Origin: Gemmatimonadota bacterium
Lineage (GTDB): Bacteria; Gemmatimonadota; Gemmatimonadetes; Gemmatimonadales; GWC2-71-9
Assembly (NCBI GenBank): GCA_036679645.1
Contig: JAZDCY010000002.1
Coordinates: 1 to 58,537, forward strand
Reading direction: 5' to 3'
DNA length: 58,537 nucleotides
A model generated the notes under the pieces. That model ran no database searches. It saw only the letters and a list, made by a program, of their open reading frames with translations, and had not been told where the DNA came from. A program made the translations under genes and the position numbers. Below, in pieces: positions 29,047-40,174 of this stretch (position 1 is the stretch's first letter; each line of letters begins with the position of its first letter).

Positions 29047-31434
29047 TTAGAAGAAGTTTCCGAGTTTGAAATGGAGTTTCCAGCCGGGATCGGGATCGCC
29101 GTTGACGTCGGTCCGATCGAAGCCGTAGGCATAGTCGAGGCCGAGTGGGCCGAGCGGCGACAAGACGCTCAGGCCGACCCCAGCGCCGCGGAATAGACGC
29201 GTCGGGTTGAATTGGCTGGGTGACGCCCACGTGTTGCCGGCGTCGAAGAACGTGTTCAAGTAGAGCGCCTGCGATATGCGCATGCCGATCTCGCCGGTCA
29301 TCGCCAGGTAGGCGCGCCCAAAAGCGCTCACCGTGTTTGCTTGGAACGTATTCGCCGATGGATCGAAACCGTCGGGTGTGATCGAGAACTCGTCGTACCC
29401 GCGCAGGGGAATGCCGAATTGGGTGCCGCCGAGCGTAAAGAGTTGTCTGAAGTGCGGTCCCGGGTTACCCCAGACGAATCCTGTCTTGCTCGTGAGCGCC
29501 AACACGAAGCGGATGCCTCCCGCTCCGGGCTGATCGCCGCCGAGTTGCCCGAGCGGTGCATACCAGCGGCCCTCGAACGTTGCGCGCCGGAAATTACCGC
29601 TGCCGCCCATGATACCGCCCGCCTGCGATATGCGAAACTGATGCAGCGCGCCGCCGGTTGCAAAGGGAAGATCGAATCGTGTGTCGCGCACGATACTGAT
29701 CCCGAAGCTCGACAAGATGCACTTGGCACAGTTGAATCGCGGTGACAGGGTCGGTGAGTCGAAGTCGCTCTGCTCCAACGTGTAGGTGGTTTGAATCCGG
29801 GTGAACCGGTTGCCCAAGAACGGGAACCCGAGCTGGATGCTACCACCCCGCGTCGTGATCCGGCCCAGATCCGCCACCGTGTAGCGCAGCCGAGTGTTGT
29901 GGAGCGTGATGGCGCCGGAAATCAGTCCGCCCCGGATGGATGGGTCGCTGTAGGACAGGTTGAGGTCCTGGATGTTCCGGCCGAACTGCCACTGAAACGA
30001 AACTCTCTTGCCACGGCCCATGAGGTTGGGCTCGTCGAGACCGATGAACCCACCCACTCCGGTGCCCTGCCCGACCGATGCCCCAAAGTTGACGTTGCCC
30101 GTGCGTCGCTCCTCGACGCGGAAGATGACATCGACATCGACCCGGTTGGCCGTGGGTTGAATCTCCGGGATGGCAACGGGTTGCTGGAAGAACCCGAGGT
30201 TGGACAAGTTGCGATACGACTGAATCAAAGCTTCCTGGCGGAAGATATCGCCTGGTACGAGGAGGATGGCTCGCCGTATGACGCTCTCATGCGTCACGGT
30301 GTTGCCCACGATCTCGACCTTGTTGATCGTGGCCGGGCTGCCCTCCGAGATCTGCCACCGCAGGTCGACGACCTGCCGGCCGTTCTCCGCCGTGCGTCGC
30401 GAGGTTACGGGACGGACATTGGCGTACAAGTACCCGCTGTTGCCATAGAGTGTCTGGACTTCCTGCGTCGCGTCGATCCACTCTCTCTCGTTGAAAAGCA
30501 CCGTACCGCCGTCTCCCCCCCCGAATCCCAGAAACCCGCTGGCCCGTTCGCGGAACGGGTATAGCTCCTCGAGCTGTTCGGTCGAGAACTGTCGGTGGCC
30601 GATGATCTCGAACTGTCCGACCTCGTACCGGTTGCCCTCGCTCACGCGCAGGATGAGGGTGCCCTTCCCGGTTTCCTCGTGGACGATCAGCGTATCGCCG
30701 AGCACCTGAAAGTCGATGAAACCGCGTTGGCCATAGAAGGCGGGGAGCCGTTCGCGCACGTCCCGCTCGAGTTCTTCATCGTTGTACTCGCCGCGCTGAA
30801 ACCACCAGAATCCCTCGGGGCTCGTCTTCATCGGGCCGACGAGCTCGCCGTCCGTGAACTCGGCGTTGCCTTCGATGGCCACCCGGCTGATCGCGACCCG
30901 GCGACCCTCCTCGATGTCGAACACGACGCGCATCGTCCCGTCCTCTCCCACGATCTCGCGGAGTTCGGGACGCGCCAGGTAGTAGCCCTCCTTGCGGTAG
31001 AGCGAATCGATCGCAACGATCGCACGGTGCGCGGCGGAGCGGTCATACGGACGCCCTTCGCGCAAGCGAATCTTCCCCCGGACGGAACGTTCCGAGAGCT
31101 TATCCACCCCGCGAACGCTCCACCGGACGAGAAGCGGGCGTTCTGTCACGATGATGCGGAGGATTTGTCGGTCGTTGACCACGCCCTGCATGAACCGGAT
31201 GTCGTCGTACTGCTCGGTCGCGTACAGGTCGGCGAGAGTGCGCTGGAGATCCAAATAGATCATTGGCCGACCGACCGGAATACGCGCGATGGCAAGTACC
31301 TGTTCGGCCGGCACGCGCCGAGCACCCTCGACTACGAGGCTGTCGAGCACCGTCGTCTGCTCGGGTGCTTCTTGTGCCTGAAGCGAAACAGGTACCGCGA
31401 CGATAGCCGCGGCAAACAGTACGACGGGTCGCAA
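29047..31434 (-). CDS. bamA: outer membrane protein assembly factor BamA
   Basis: POTRA repeats, LRGY, SPLGPL.LDYAYG, C-terminal aromatic residue. Confidence 0.95.
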   Translation of the reverse strand: MRPVVLFAAAIVAVPVSLQAQEAPEQTTVLDSLVVEGARRVPAEQVLAIARIPVGRPMIYLDLQRTLADLYATEQYDDIRFMQGVVNDRQILRIIVTERPLLVRWSVRGVDKLSERSVRGKIRLREGRPYDRSAAHRAIVAIDSLYRKEGYYLARPELREIVGEDGTMRVVFDIEEGRRVAISRVAIEGNAEFTDGELVGPMKTSPEGFWWFQRGEYNDEELERDVRERLPAFYGQRGFIDFQVLGDTLIVHEETGKGTLILRVSEGNRYEVGQFEIIGHRQFSTEQLEELYPFRERASGFLGFGGGDGGTVLFNEREWIDATQEVQTLYGNSGYLYANVRPVTSRRTAENGRQVVDLRWQISEGSPATINKVEIVGNTVTHESVIRRAILLVPGDIFRQEALIQSYRNLSNLGFFQQPVAIPEIQPTANRVDVDVIFRVEERRTGNVNFGASVGQGTGVGGFIGLDEPNLMGRGKRVSFQWQFGRNIQDLNLSYSDPSIRGGLISGAITLHNTRLRYTVADLGRITTRGGSIQLGFPFLGNRFTRIQTTYTLEQSDFDSPTLSPRFNCAKCILSSFGISIVRDTRFDLPFATGGALHQFRISQAGGIMGGSGNFRRATFEGRWYAPLGQLGGDQPGAGGIRFVLALTSKTGFVWGNPGPHFRQLFTLGGTQFGIPLRGYDEFSITPDGFDPSANTFQANTVSAFGRAYLAMTGEIGMRISQALYLNTFFDAGNTWASPSQFNPTRLFRGAGVGLSVLSPLGPLGLDYAYGFDRTDVNGDPDPGWKLHFKLGNFF

Positions 31435-31436
31435 CG

Positions 31437-33914
31437 TTACGCCTTCGTTCCCGAGAGCACCCTGAACCAGAGCTTGTCGCCGTCGGGATCGACGTCGACC
31501 TCGATCTCGTCACCCTTGGTGACTTCGCCCATCAGGATCTTGTCGGCGAGGGGGTCTTCGACGTATCGCTGGATGGCCCGCTTTAGCGGACGGGCACCGA
31601 ATTGCTCGTCGTACCCCCGGTCCACGAGGAAATCGGTTGCGGCGGGCGTGCGCCGGATCGTCATGCCCTCCTCGGACACGCGCCCCGCCACCTGCTGGAA
31701 CATGATCTCGACGATTTGCTTGATGTGGTCGCGATCGAGCGAATGGAAGACGATCACCTCGTCCAGTCGGTTCAGAAACTCGGGATTGAAGACCTTGTCG
31801 ATTTCATCCCGCACCTTTTCCGCCATCTTCTCGAACGAGCTCTTTGCATCGGACTCGCCGAACCCGAGTGCCTTGCCCTTGGTGATATCACGAGCGCCGA
31901 CGTTGGACGTCATGATGACGACTGTGTTCTTGAAGTCGATCACGCGACCGTAGTTGTCGGTTAGGTGCCCCTCGTCGAGCACCTGCAGCAGGATGTTGAA
32001 GACGTCGGGATGGGCCTTCTCAATCTCATCGAGCAGCACGACGGAATACGGCTTCCGCCGGATCTGCTTGGTGAGTGTGCCCGAGTCCTCGTAGCCGACG
32101 TATCCCGGCGGTGCGCCGATCAGCCGGCTCACCGAGAACTTCTCCATGTACTCGGACATGTCGACGCGGATCAGCGCCCCTTCGTCCGCGAAGAGGAACC
32201 GCGCCAACGCGCGGGCCAGTTCGGTTTTCCCGACTCCGGTCGGTCCGGAGAAGACGAAACACCCGATGGGCCGGCGTGGGTCTTTGAGCCCGGCGCGCGA
32301 CCGGCGAATGGCACGCGAGACGGCCTCAATGGCCGGCTGCTGGCCCACGATGGACTCGTGGAGCTCCTCCTCCATCCGGAGGAGCCGTTGGGTCTCCGCC
32401 TCCTGAAGTCGAGTCACTGGGATACCGGTCCACCGAGACACGATGAATGCCACTTCTTCTTCGCCGATGGATGGGCGATGGGTCTCGCGCTCCTTCTCCC
32501 ACTCCTCCTGCCGCCGCCGAATGTCCCCCTGCAGCTCGCGCTCTTGGTCGCGGAGTGACGCGGCGCGCTCGAAGTTCTGGTCGCGAACGGCCTCTTCCTT
32601 GTCGCGATTGATCGCTTCAAGCCGGTCCTTGAGATCGGCCACGTCGGCTGGTGGGACCTGCGCGGCCAGGCGGGCGCGCGCCGACGCCTCGTCGATCACG
32701 TCGATCGCCTTGTCCGGCAGGAACCGGTCGGTGATGTACCGCTCCGAGAGCTTGGCCGCCCAGTCGAGCGTAATGTCCGGGATAGTCACCTTGTGGTGAT
32801 CCTCGTAGCGCTCACGCAGGCCCTTCAGGATCTCCACCGTTTCGTCCAACGTGGGCGGATCAACGATGACCGTTTGGAAGCGGCGCTCGAGGGCGCCGTC
32901 TTTTTCGATGTACTTCCGGTACTCGTTCAGAGTCGAGGCGCCCACGCACTGTAGCTCGCCACGCGCGAGAGCAGGCTTGAGCATGTTGGAGGCATCAATG
33001 GCCCCTTCTGCAGCGCCGGCGCCGACGAGCGTGTGCAGCTCGTCGATGAACAACACGATGTTCTTGTTCTGCGCAATCTCGTTCATCACGGCCTTGAGGC
33101 GTTCCTCGAATTGCCCACGGTACTTCGTGCCGGCGATGACGGCGGCCATGTCCAACGCGAGCACCCGGTGGCTGCGGAGCGATTCGGGGGCGTTACCCGC
33201 CGCGATGAGTTGCGCCAAGCCCTCTACGATTGCCGTCTTGCCGACACCAGCCTCTCCGATCAGCACCGGATTGTTTTTCTTGCGTCGGGACAGCACCTCG
33301 ATCACGCGTTCCATTTCCTGCTGGCGCCCAATGGTTGGGTCGAGCGCGCCTTCACCGGCCAGTGCGGTGAGGTCTCGGCAGAAATGGTCGAGCGCGGGAG
33401 TCTTGGATTTCTTCTCCGAGCGAGAGCTGCCCGGCGCGGCGCCGGCGCCCTTGGGGGCCTGCGGCATGTCGCTCCCGAGGAGCCGCAGCGTCTCGGCACG
33501 ACCCTGCTCGAGGTTGACCCCGGCATCGGTCAATACCTGGGCGGCGATGCCCTTCTCTTCGCGCAGCAGTCCCAGCAACAGGTGCTCGGTGCCCACGTAC
33601 GAGTGGTTCAGCTCACGGGCCTCACTCATGGCGAGCTCGAGCACTTTCTTAGCCCGGGACGTGTACGGCAGGTCCGGGGGACCGGCAGCCGCGGGTGCCT
33701 TCCCCTTCTTGACGGTCTCTTCGATTTTCTGCTGAATCTCGTCAAGATCGACGTTGAGGTTGGTCAGCACTGCGGCAGCTACCCCCTCGCCCTCGCGAAT
33801 CAGGCCGAGCAGGATGTGCTCCGTGCCGACGTACTCGTGATGCAGTCTGGCCGCCTCCTCGCGGGCCATCTGCAGCACCTTCCGGACTCTGTCTGTGAAG
33901 TTGTACCCGTTCAT
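31437..33914 (-). CDS. clpC: ATP-dependent Clp protease ATPase ClpC
   Basis: Clp-N repeats, GEAGVGKT and [11 protein letters not shown]+ modules, UVR middle domain; start at MNGYNFT. Confidence 0.96.
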   Translation of the reverse strand: MNGYNFTDRVRKVLQMAREEAARLHHEYVGTEHILLGLIREGEGVAAAVLTNLNVDLDEIQQKIEETVKKGKAPAAAGPPDLPYTSRAKKVLELAMSEARELNHSYVGTEHLLLGLLREEKGIAAQVLTDAGVNLEQGRAETLRLLGSDMPQAPKGAGAAPGSSRSEKKSKTPALDHFCRDLTALAGEGALDPTIGRQQEMERVIEVLSRRKKNNPVLIGEAGVGKTAIVEGLAQLIAAGNAPESLRSHRVLALDMAAVIAGTKYRGQFEERLKAVMNEIAQNKNIVLFIDELHTLVGAGAAEGAIDASNMLKPALARGELQCVGASTLNEYRKYIEKDGALERRFQTVIVDPPTLDETVEILKGLRERYEDHHKVTIPDITLDWAAKLSERYITDRFLPDKAIDVIDEASARARLAAQVPPADVADLKDRLEAINRDKEEAVRDQNFERAASLRDQERELQGDIRRRQEEWEKERETHRPSIGEEEVAFIVSRWTGIPVTRLQEAETQRLLRMEEELHESIVGQQPAIEAVSRAIRRSRAGLKDPRRPIGCFVFSGPTGVGKTELARALARFLFADEGALIRVDMSEYMEKFSVSRLIGAPPGYVGYEDSGTLTKQIRRKPYSVVLLDEIEKAHPDVFNILLQVLDEGHLTDNYGRVIDFKNTVVIMTSNVGARDITKGKALGFGESDAKSSFEKMAEKVRDEIDKVFNPEFLNRLDEVIVFHSLDRDHIKQIVEIMFQQVAGRVSEEGMTIRRTPAATDFLVDRGYDEQFGARPLKRAIQRYVEDPLADKILMGEVTKGDEIEVDVDPDGDKLWFRVLSGTKA

Positions 33915-33921
33915 GTCATCA

Positions 33922-35034
33922 TCATGGTTGCGGGTCACCAGATCCCGGAAACGGCGGTCGTGCCGCGTCCTCTTCGAGCACGCGACGCACGAACGCCGCG
34001 CGAATCGCTGGGGGATCCGGGTCGCTCAACGCTCGCTCTGCCCTACGCGCCAAGTGCGCTGGCTGCGTGAAGATGAGCAGCTTGTTGAGCGTGTATACAC
34101 TCAGGTCATCGATCAGGTTCAGCCCGACACCGAGCCGTACGCCGCTCAGCAGGTTCATCGTTTCATCGAAGGACAGTGTGCGTGCGTATCGCAGCAGCCC
34201 GTATGCCCGCCATACCTTGTCGGCGATGACATTGGGCGCGTTCTGCTGCAGCACTTCGCGCGCCTGTTCCTCGTACTCGATCACCTGGCGCACGATCTTG
34301 CCAAGGTGGTCGAGAAGCTCCTCTTCCGACTTCCCCAGCGTCGTCTGATTGGAGAGCTGGAAGAAATTTCCTACCACCTCGCTGCCCTCGCCATAGAGCC
34401 CGCGAAACGTCAGCCCGACCTGGGCGAGCCCCTGCAACACCTTGGCGATTTCTTTGGTGAGCACGAGGCCCGGAAGGTGGATCAGCACCGACGCACGGAG
34501 CCCCGTACCCGCGTTCGTCGGACATGCGGTAAGGTAACCAAATTCCGGGTGGAAGGCGAACGGCAGCAGCCCACCGAGCTCCTGGTCGAAGCGCGCCAGC
34601 GGTGCATACGCCGACTCCAGCGCGAACCCCGAGCAGAGGGTCTGCAGGCGGAGGTGGTCCTCCTCGTTCACCATCATTCCGAGCATGCCGCCGGTGAGCA
34701 GCGAGGCGGCGTGCCGGGGCCCCTGCTCCCGTTCCAGCCCGGCCAGTTCCTTCGAGACCAGATGCCGTTCGTGCAGCAGCTGCCGTTCGAGTCGATCGAG
34801 ATGGTCGAGCCGGAAGTCCACCGCCCCCTCGAGCGCACTGGTCGACCGACCCGCCTCGATCGTTCGGGCGCGGATATCGTCCAGTTCCTCCCGCTCCGCG
34901 CGTCCGGCGAACGGTCGTCCCTGGATGTTTCTTGCCAGGCGCACGCGGGTCGAGAGCACGATGTTCCCGTCTGGTCCGCTGGCGTCGAGCCAGGAGACAC
35001 CGCCGTCGGGAATCAGGCTGAGGTCGAGCGTCAT
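33922..35034 (-). CDS. mcsB: protein arginine kinase McsB
   Basis: STRVRLARN, NEEDHLR, GYLTACPTNAGTGLRAS, RGLYGEGS, QLSNQ. Confidence 0.95.
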   Translation of the reverse strand: MTLDLSLIPDGGVSWLDASGPDGNIVLSTRVRLARNIQGRPFAGRAEREELDDIRARTIEAGRSTSALEGAVDFRLDHLDRLERQLLHERHLVSKELAGLEREQGPRHAASLLTGGMLGMMVNEEDHLRLQTLCSGFALESAYAPLARFDQELGGLLPFAFHPEFGYLTACPTNAGTGLRASVLIHLPGLVLTKEIAKVLQGLAQVGLTFRGLYGEGSEVVGNFFQLSNQTTLGKSEEELLDHLGKIVRQVIEYEEQAREVLQQNAPNVIADKVWRAYGLLRYARTLSFDETMNLLSGVRLGVGLNLIDDLSVYTLNKLLIFTQPAHLARRAERALSDPDPPAIRAAFVRRVLEEDAARPPFPGSGDPQP

Positions 35035-35534
35035 TCGAGCCCCCGAATCTGATCGCGCACCTCAGCTGCCAGCTCGAAGTTCTCGGCGTCGACCGCGCGC
35101 CGTAGCTGGGCGCGCAACGCATCCAGGTCGGGGGCTTGCTCGGCGGCGTCCCGATCGGGCGAGAGGTATGCGTGTCCCACGTGACGGCTGGCACCATGGA
35201 TTCGACGCAGCAGCGTCCGCAGGTGGGGCGTGAACGACTCGTAACAATGGGGGCAGCCCAATCGACCCGTATCGCGGAAGTCTTGCAGCGTAGCGCCACA
35301 GAAGTCGCACGGCGTGGATTCGGCGGTCGGTGGCAGGGCCGCCGCCGCCCCCTTGCCCATGGAGCCAAGGGAGCCAAGAAAACCGCTCAAGGGGTGCTTC
35401 GCGACGCTCGCCTCGGTATGCACGCCCTTTTCCGACGCGCAGGTCTCGCACAGATGCTGTGTCGTGACCGCGTTGTTGACGATCTGTGTGAGGTGGATGG
35501 CCGCCTCCCGCTCGCCACATTGGTCGCACAACAT
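35031..35534 (-). CDS. mcsA: McsA activator (CxxC motifs plus UVR)
   Basis: Four CxxC motifs, GRLGCPHCY, ENFELAAEVRD. Confidence 0.93.
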   Translation of the reverse strand: MLCDQCGEREAAIHLTQIVNNAVTTQHLCETCASEKGVHTEASVAKHPLSGFLGSLGSMGKGAAAALPPTAESTPCDFCGATLQDFRDTGRLGCPHCYESFTPHLRTLLRRIHGASRHVGHAYLSPDRDAAEQAPDLDALRAQLRRAVDAENFELAAEVRDQIRGLE

Positions 35535-36235
35535 CAGGACATTGCCTCGGCTGCCGTCACCGGGCGGAGTCGGCCGTTCTCGAGGAGCAGGACCCGGTCG
35601 GCGCGCTGCGCCAGGTGCCGGTCGTGGGTCGCCACCACGAACGCGGTCTCGAGCGAGCGCGTGAGCTCGGTCATGAGGTCGTGCAGTCGCGCGCTGTTCG
35701 CATAGTCGAGATTACCGCTGGGCTCATCCGCCAACACTACCTTGGGGTCGTGTACCAGCGCCCGCGCAACCGCGCAACGTTGTTGTTCTCCTCCTGACAG
35801 CTGTGCTGGCCGGTGGGTCATGCGGCCTGCGAGGCCTACCTGTGCCAAGATCTCCTCCGCGCGGCTGCTGGCGGTCTCCCTCGGCACGCCGCCGATCCGC
35901 AGCGGCATCATGACGTTCTCGAGCGCGCTGAACTCGCGCAGCAGGTGGTGAAACTGAAAGACGAATCCGATCTCGCTATTGCGGATGCGATTGGCCTCAT
36001 CCTCGGAAAGCTCGGAGTATGGCATCCCGTTGAGCACGATCTCACCCGCGCTCGGACGGTCCAGCGCACCCAGCAGATGAAGCAGCGTGCTCTTCCCCGC
36101 CCCGCTTGCCCCGACGATGGCCACCATCTCTCCGCGATGGACCTCGAGGTGAACGTCCGCCAGGACCTCGATGATGCTCTGGTCTCCGCCGCGGAAGACT
36201 CTCCGTAGACCGGTTCCCTGCAGGACCGCGCTCAT
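35534..36235 (-). CDS. lolD: lipoprotein-releasing ABC ATPase
   Basis: GASGAGKS, GFVFQFHHLL, LSGGEQQR, DEPSGNLD. Confidence 0.92.
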   Translation of the reverse strand: MSAVLQGTGLRRVFRGGDQSIIEVLADVHLEVHRGEMVAIVGASGAGKSTLLHLLGALDRPSAGEIVLNGMPYSELSEDEANRIRNSEIGFVFQFHHLLREFSALENVMMPLRIGGVPRETASSRAEEILAQVGLAGRMTHRPAQLSGGEQQRCAVARALVHDPKVVLADEPSGNLDYANSARLHDLMTELTRSLETAFVVATHDRHLAQRADRVLLLENGRLRPVTAAEAMS

Positions 36236-37485
36236 TCGTGCCGGATGGCATCTACCGGGTCGAGGCGCGCCGCGCGCCGCGCCGGGTGAAGTGTCGCCAG
36301 CACCGCCACCGCGACACTGGCGAGCACGATGGTGCCGACGTCGAACGGATCGACCAGGATGGGCAGCCGATCGATGAAGTACACCGACGGATCGAGCCGG
36401 ATCAGTTCGCTCTTGTCGACCGTTCGGGCCACGAGGAGTCCGAGGAACAAGCCCAGCCCGGTCCCGACCACGCCAATCGCGGCGCCTTGGAAAATGAAGA
36501 TCCGGCGGATCGCGTTGGTCGAGAGCCCCATCGCTCGCAGGATCCCGATCTCGCGGGTCTTGTCGTTCACGACCATGGTCAGGGTACTCACGATGTTGAA
36601 TGCTGCCACGATGACGATCAGGAGCAGGATCAATCCCATGGCGAGTTTCTCGAGCTGGAGCGCCGAGAAGAGGGACTGGTTCTGACTCTGCCAGTCGATG
36701 GCACGGTACGGGTATCCCCCGAGTGTCTCTTCGATGTCGGCGGCGACGGCGGTGGCGTGTGAGGGATCACGCAGCCGGATTTCCAATCCGGTCACCGCCT
36801 CGCCGAGACCCGCGAACTCTTGAGCGAGCGCGCGAGGTAAGACAACGTACGCATTGTCGTACTCGAACATCCCGGTCTCGAAATAGCCGGTGACCTCGAA
36901 CTCCCAGAACTTGGGCACGAAGGCACCGATCGAGGCATTGAATCTACTCCCGCCAGGCGAGATCATCGTGACTTTGGCACCCGGGTAAGCGGACATCCGT
37001 TCGGCGATGCGTCTGCCAAGTACGATGCCACCGTCTACGTCATCGCGGGTGGTTGTAAAGGCGAGATCGCCGCGCACGAAATGCTCGGGCAGTGCGGTGA
37101 CCGACACGTCACCGGTATCGGACTCTACACCCAAGACATATGTACCTTCGTGGTAGTCGTGCCCTGCCGAGAGAAGTCCCTGCGTCAACACGAACGGTGC
37201 GACAGCGACGACCTGGTCGTTGGCGCGAACATCGTCGGCGACCGCGGACCACCCGTCGAGTCGCAGGCCCTCCCCGAACGTGAGCAACCGTATGTGGGGG
37301 CTGGCAACGAGAATCTTCTCCCGCAGATCGTGTTGCAGGCCGTTCATCACGCCCATCACCACGAGCAGAGCCATCACGCCGACTGTGACGCCACCGGTCG
37401 CGATGAGGGTGATCAGCGACACGAAGCGCGCCGAGCGTCGGCTCTTGAGATACCGAGCCGCGATGGCGAGTTCGAGACGCGTCAT
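36232..37485 (-). CDS. lolE: lipoprotein-releasing ABC permease LolC/E
   Basis: ARYL, VMNG, VAAFNIVS.L, EIGILRAMG, PARRAA.LDP. Confidence 0.88.
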   Translation of the reverse strand: MTRLELAIAARYLKSRRSARFVSLITLIATGGVTVGVMALLVVMGVMNGLQHDLREKILVASPHIRLLTFGEGLRLDGWSAVADDVRANDQVVAVAPFVLTQGLLSAGHDYHEGTYVLGVESDTGDVSVTALPEHFVRGDLAFTTTRDDVDGGIVLGRRIAERMSAYPGAKVTMISPGGSRFNASIGAFVPKFWEFEVTGYFETGMFEYDNAYVVLPRALAQEFAGLGEAVTGLEIRLRDPSHATAVAADIEETLGGYPYRAIDWQSQNQSLFSALQLEKLAMGLILLLIVIVAAFNIVSTLTMVVNDKTREIGILRAMGLSTNAIRRIFIFQGAAIGVVGTGLGLFLGLLVARTVDKSELIRLDPSVYFIDRLPILVDPFDVGTIVLASVAVAVLATLHPARRAARLDPVDAIRHE

Positions 37486-38969
37486 TCCGTCTCCCGCAGC
37501 ATGGGAAACAGGATCACGTCCCGGATCGACGTGCGCTCGGCGAGCAACATGATTAGCCGGTCCACACCTATCCCGACACCACCCGTCGGCGGCATGCCGT
37601 ACTCGAGGGCGCGCAGGTAGTCCTCGTCGAGTTGCTGTGCTTCGAGGTCACCCGCCGCCCGCGCGGCCACCTGGGCTTCAAACCGGGCGCGCTGGTCGTC
37701 GGGGTCGTTCAGCTCACTGAACGCATTGGCGATCTCGGTCCCGCGCAGGAAGAACTCGAAGCGTTCGGCCAGATCGGGATCACCGCGCTTCGGTTTCGCG
37801 AGCGGCGAAAGCTCGATTGGGAAGTCGACGACGAACACGGGTCCCTTCAACGTGGGCTCCACATACTCTTTGAAACACTCATCGAGCAGTTTGGTGCGCG
37901 GGAGCGCGTCGATATCAGCGATGTTCCGGGTCCGCAATCGGTCGCGCAGCACCGCGGCGTCAGCTTGGCGCACATCGATGCCAGCGTGCTCCGTGATCAG
38001 CTCCACGTATCCGTGCCGCGGCCACGGAGGGGTAAAATCGAACGCCTCGCCAAAACGCTCGATGGCCAATGTGCCGCAGGCGTGTTGGACTATCCCGGCG
38101 ACCAGGCCCTCGACCAACGCCATCATATCGTGATAATCGGCATAGGCCTGGTACGCTTCCAGCATCGTGAACTCGGGGTTGTGCCACCGATCGATCCCCT
38201 CGTTCCGGAAATCCTTGCCGATCTCGTATACCCGCTCTAGGCCGCCCACGATACATCGCTTGAGATACAGCTCCGTGGCGATCCGGAGGTAGAGCTGCCG
38301 GTCGAGCGCGTTGTGGCGCGTCGTGAACGGACGCGCCATCGCGCCGCCGTAGAGCGATTGGAGCACGGGGGTTTCTACCTCGAGAAATCCCAGATCCTCG
38401 AGGTAGGACCGCATGTAGGTGATGGCATGCGCGCGAATATGGAAGACGTCCCGTACGTCTGAGTGAACCGCAAGATCGGCGTATCGCTGCCGGTATCGGG
38501 TCTCGGCGTCCGCGAGGCCGCCATATTGCACGCCGTCCGCGTCCTCCTTGCCCAACGGGAGCGGTCGCAGCGCCTTGGCGAGGAGCGTGAGCTCGGTGAC
38601 CCGGATTGTGATCTCGCCCGAGCGGGTGCGGAAGAGCCCGCCGCCCACGCCGACGATGTCACAGAGGTCGAGGCGCTTGACGAGCCAGAACCCATCCTCC
38701 CCGAGATCGGCCAGCCGCATGTAGATCTGGACGCGGCCAGCCGCGTCCTCGACGTGCGCAAATGTCGTCTTGCCCATCTCGCGTATGGATACGACACGTC
38801 CCGCGACGCGGACCGGAACCTCGGTGGCTTCGTCGAACGCGGCCACCGCCTCCGTGCTCATGTGCGTGCGCTCGTAGCCGTAGGCATAGGGCGTTACTCC
38901 CCGCTCGCGCAACTCGGCGAGCGTGTCCCGGCGGGCCACCTCGACATGTGACCGGCTCACGACGCTCAT
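37482..38969 (-). CDS. lysS: lysine--tRNA ligase (class II)
   Basis: RYRQRY.DL, YGGA.ARPF, FRNEG..HNPEFTMLE, YGMPPTGG.GIG.DR. Confidence 0.97.
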   Translation of the reverse strand: MSVVSRSHVEVARRDTLAELRERGVTPYAYGYERTHMSTEAVAAFDEATEVPVRVAGRVVSIREMGKTTFAHVEDAAGRVQIYMRLADLGEDGFWLVKRLDLCDIVGVGGGLFRTRSGEITIRVTELTLLAKALRPLPLGKEDADGVQYGGLADAETRYRQRYADLAVHSDVRDVFHIRAHAITYMRSYLEDLGFLEVETPVLQSLYGGAMARPFTTRHNALDRQLYLRIATELYLKRCIVGGLERVYEIGKDFRNEGIDRWHNPEFTMLEAYQAYADYHDMMALVEGLVAGIVQHACGTLAIERFGEAFDFTPPWPRHGYVELITEHAGIDVRQADAAVLRDRLRTRNIADIDALPRTKLLDECFKEYVEPTLKGPVFVVDFPIELSPLAKPKRGDPDLAERFEFFLRGTEIANAFSELNDPDDQRARFEAQVAARAAGDLEAQQLDEDYLRALEYGMPPTGGVGIGVDRLIMLLAERTSIRDVILFPMLRETE

Positions 38970-40073
38970 GCCGCCTTGCCCCCGAAACGCTTGAGGAACG
39001 CCTCGATGAACTCGTCGATGTCCCCATCCATGACCGATCGTACGTCACCCACCTTCAATTCGGTGCGGTGATCGTTGACCATCGTGTACGGCTGAAAGAC
39101 GTACGAGCGAATCTGGTTGCCCCAGCTGATGTCGGCCTTCGTGGCCTCGATTGCAGCTTTCTTCTTTTCGCGTTCCTCAACCTCACGCTGGTAGAGGGCA
39201 GCCTTCAGCATCTTCATTGCGGTCGCCCGGTTCTTGTACTGGCTCCGCTCCTGTTGGCATGAGACCACGATACCGGAGGGGAGGTGCCGCAGCCGGACGG
39301 CGGAGGACGTCTTGTTGACGTGCTGACCACCGGCGCCCGATGCGCGAAACACCTCCAGCTCGACATCATCGTCCCGGATGTCGATCTCGATATCGTCGTC
39401 GACGACCGGATATACGAACACCGACGCGAACGAGGTGTGCCTGCGAGCCTGAGCGTCGAACGGAGAGATGCGCACCAGTCGGTGGACGCCTTTTTCGGCC
39501 TTGAGGTACCCGTAGCCGTAGTCACCGGTGATCTCGAGCGTCGCTGACTTGATGCCGGCTTCCTCTCCGGGGAGTACATCGAGGATCGTGACCTTGTACC
39601 CGTGGCGCTCCGCCCAGCGCGTGTACATCCGCATCAACATCTCCGCCCAGTCCTGCGACTCCGTTCCGCCCGCGCCCGGGTGAATCGTCAGCAGTGCGGC
39701 ACGCTGGTCGTCCGGTCCGCGGAGCATGTTGCGGAGCTCCAAGGCCTCGAGTTCCGACGCGATGTTGGGGATTTCCTCGACGAGACCGCTTTCGATCTCC
39801 GGATCTGGAGCCTCGGCGACGAGCGTCGCCATCTCGACGGCGTCTTGAACACGCGTCGCGAGCGCCCCAAGCGGTTCGGTCCAGCGTTTTAGCTGACGCA
39901 ACTCTTCAACGACCGTGCGGGCCTTCTCTGATGCATCCCAGAACCCCGGCGCCGCCATTGACAGTTCGAGTTGGGCTAGACGCGCCTGCTTGCCGTCCAG
40001 GTCAAAGATAGCCTCGGAGTTCAGTGACCCTGCGCTCGAGCTCCTGGAGTTGCTCCGCCACGGGACGAACCAT
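38966..40073 (-). CDS. prfB: peptide chain release factor 2 with programmed +1 frameshift
   Basis: Short ORF MVRP...RGYL* ends at CTT TGA C (40007-40001); continuation has GAGGTE, SPF and GGQ. Confidence 0.96.
40001..40015 (-). promoter_or_regulatory. prfB +1 frameshift site
   Basis: GAGGC-TAT-CTT-TGA-C: SD-like element plus slippery CUU-UGA. Confidence 0.93.
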
Positions 40074-40174
40074 GTTCTTCCCCCCTTCCCGGTTATGAGT
40101 CGAGCCGTCGCCTCCGGGTTTGGAGGGACGGCTCAGCTGACTCAAATATAGGCGCGGTAGAGGGTTAGCGCCAG

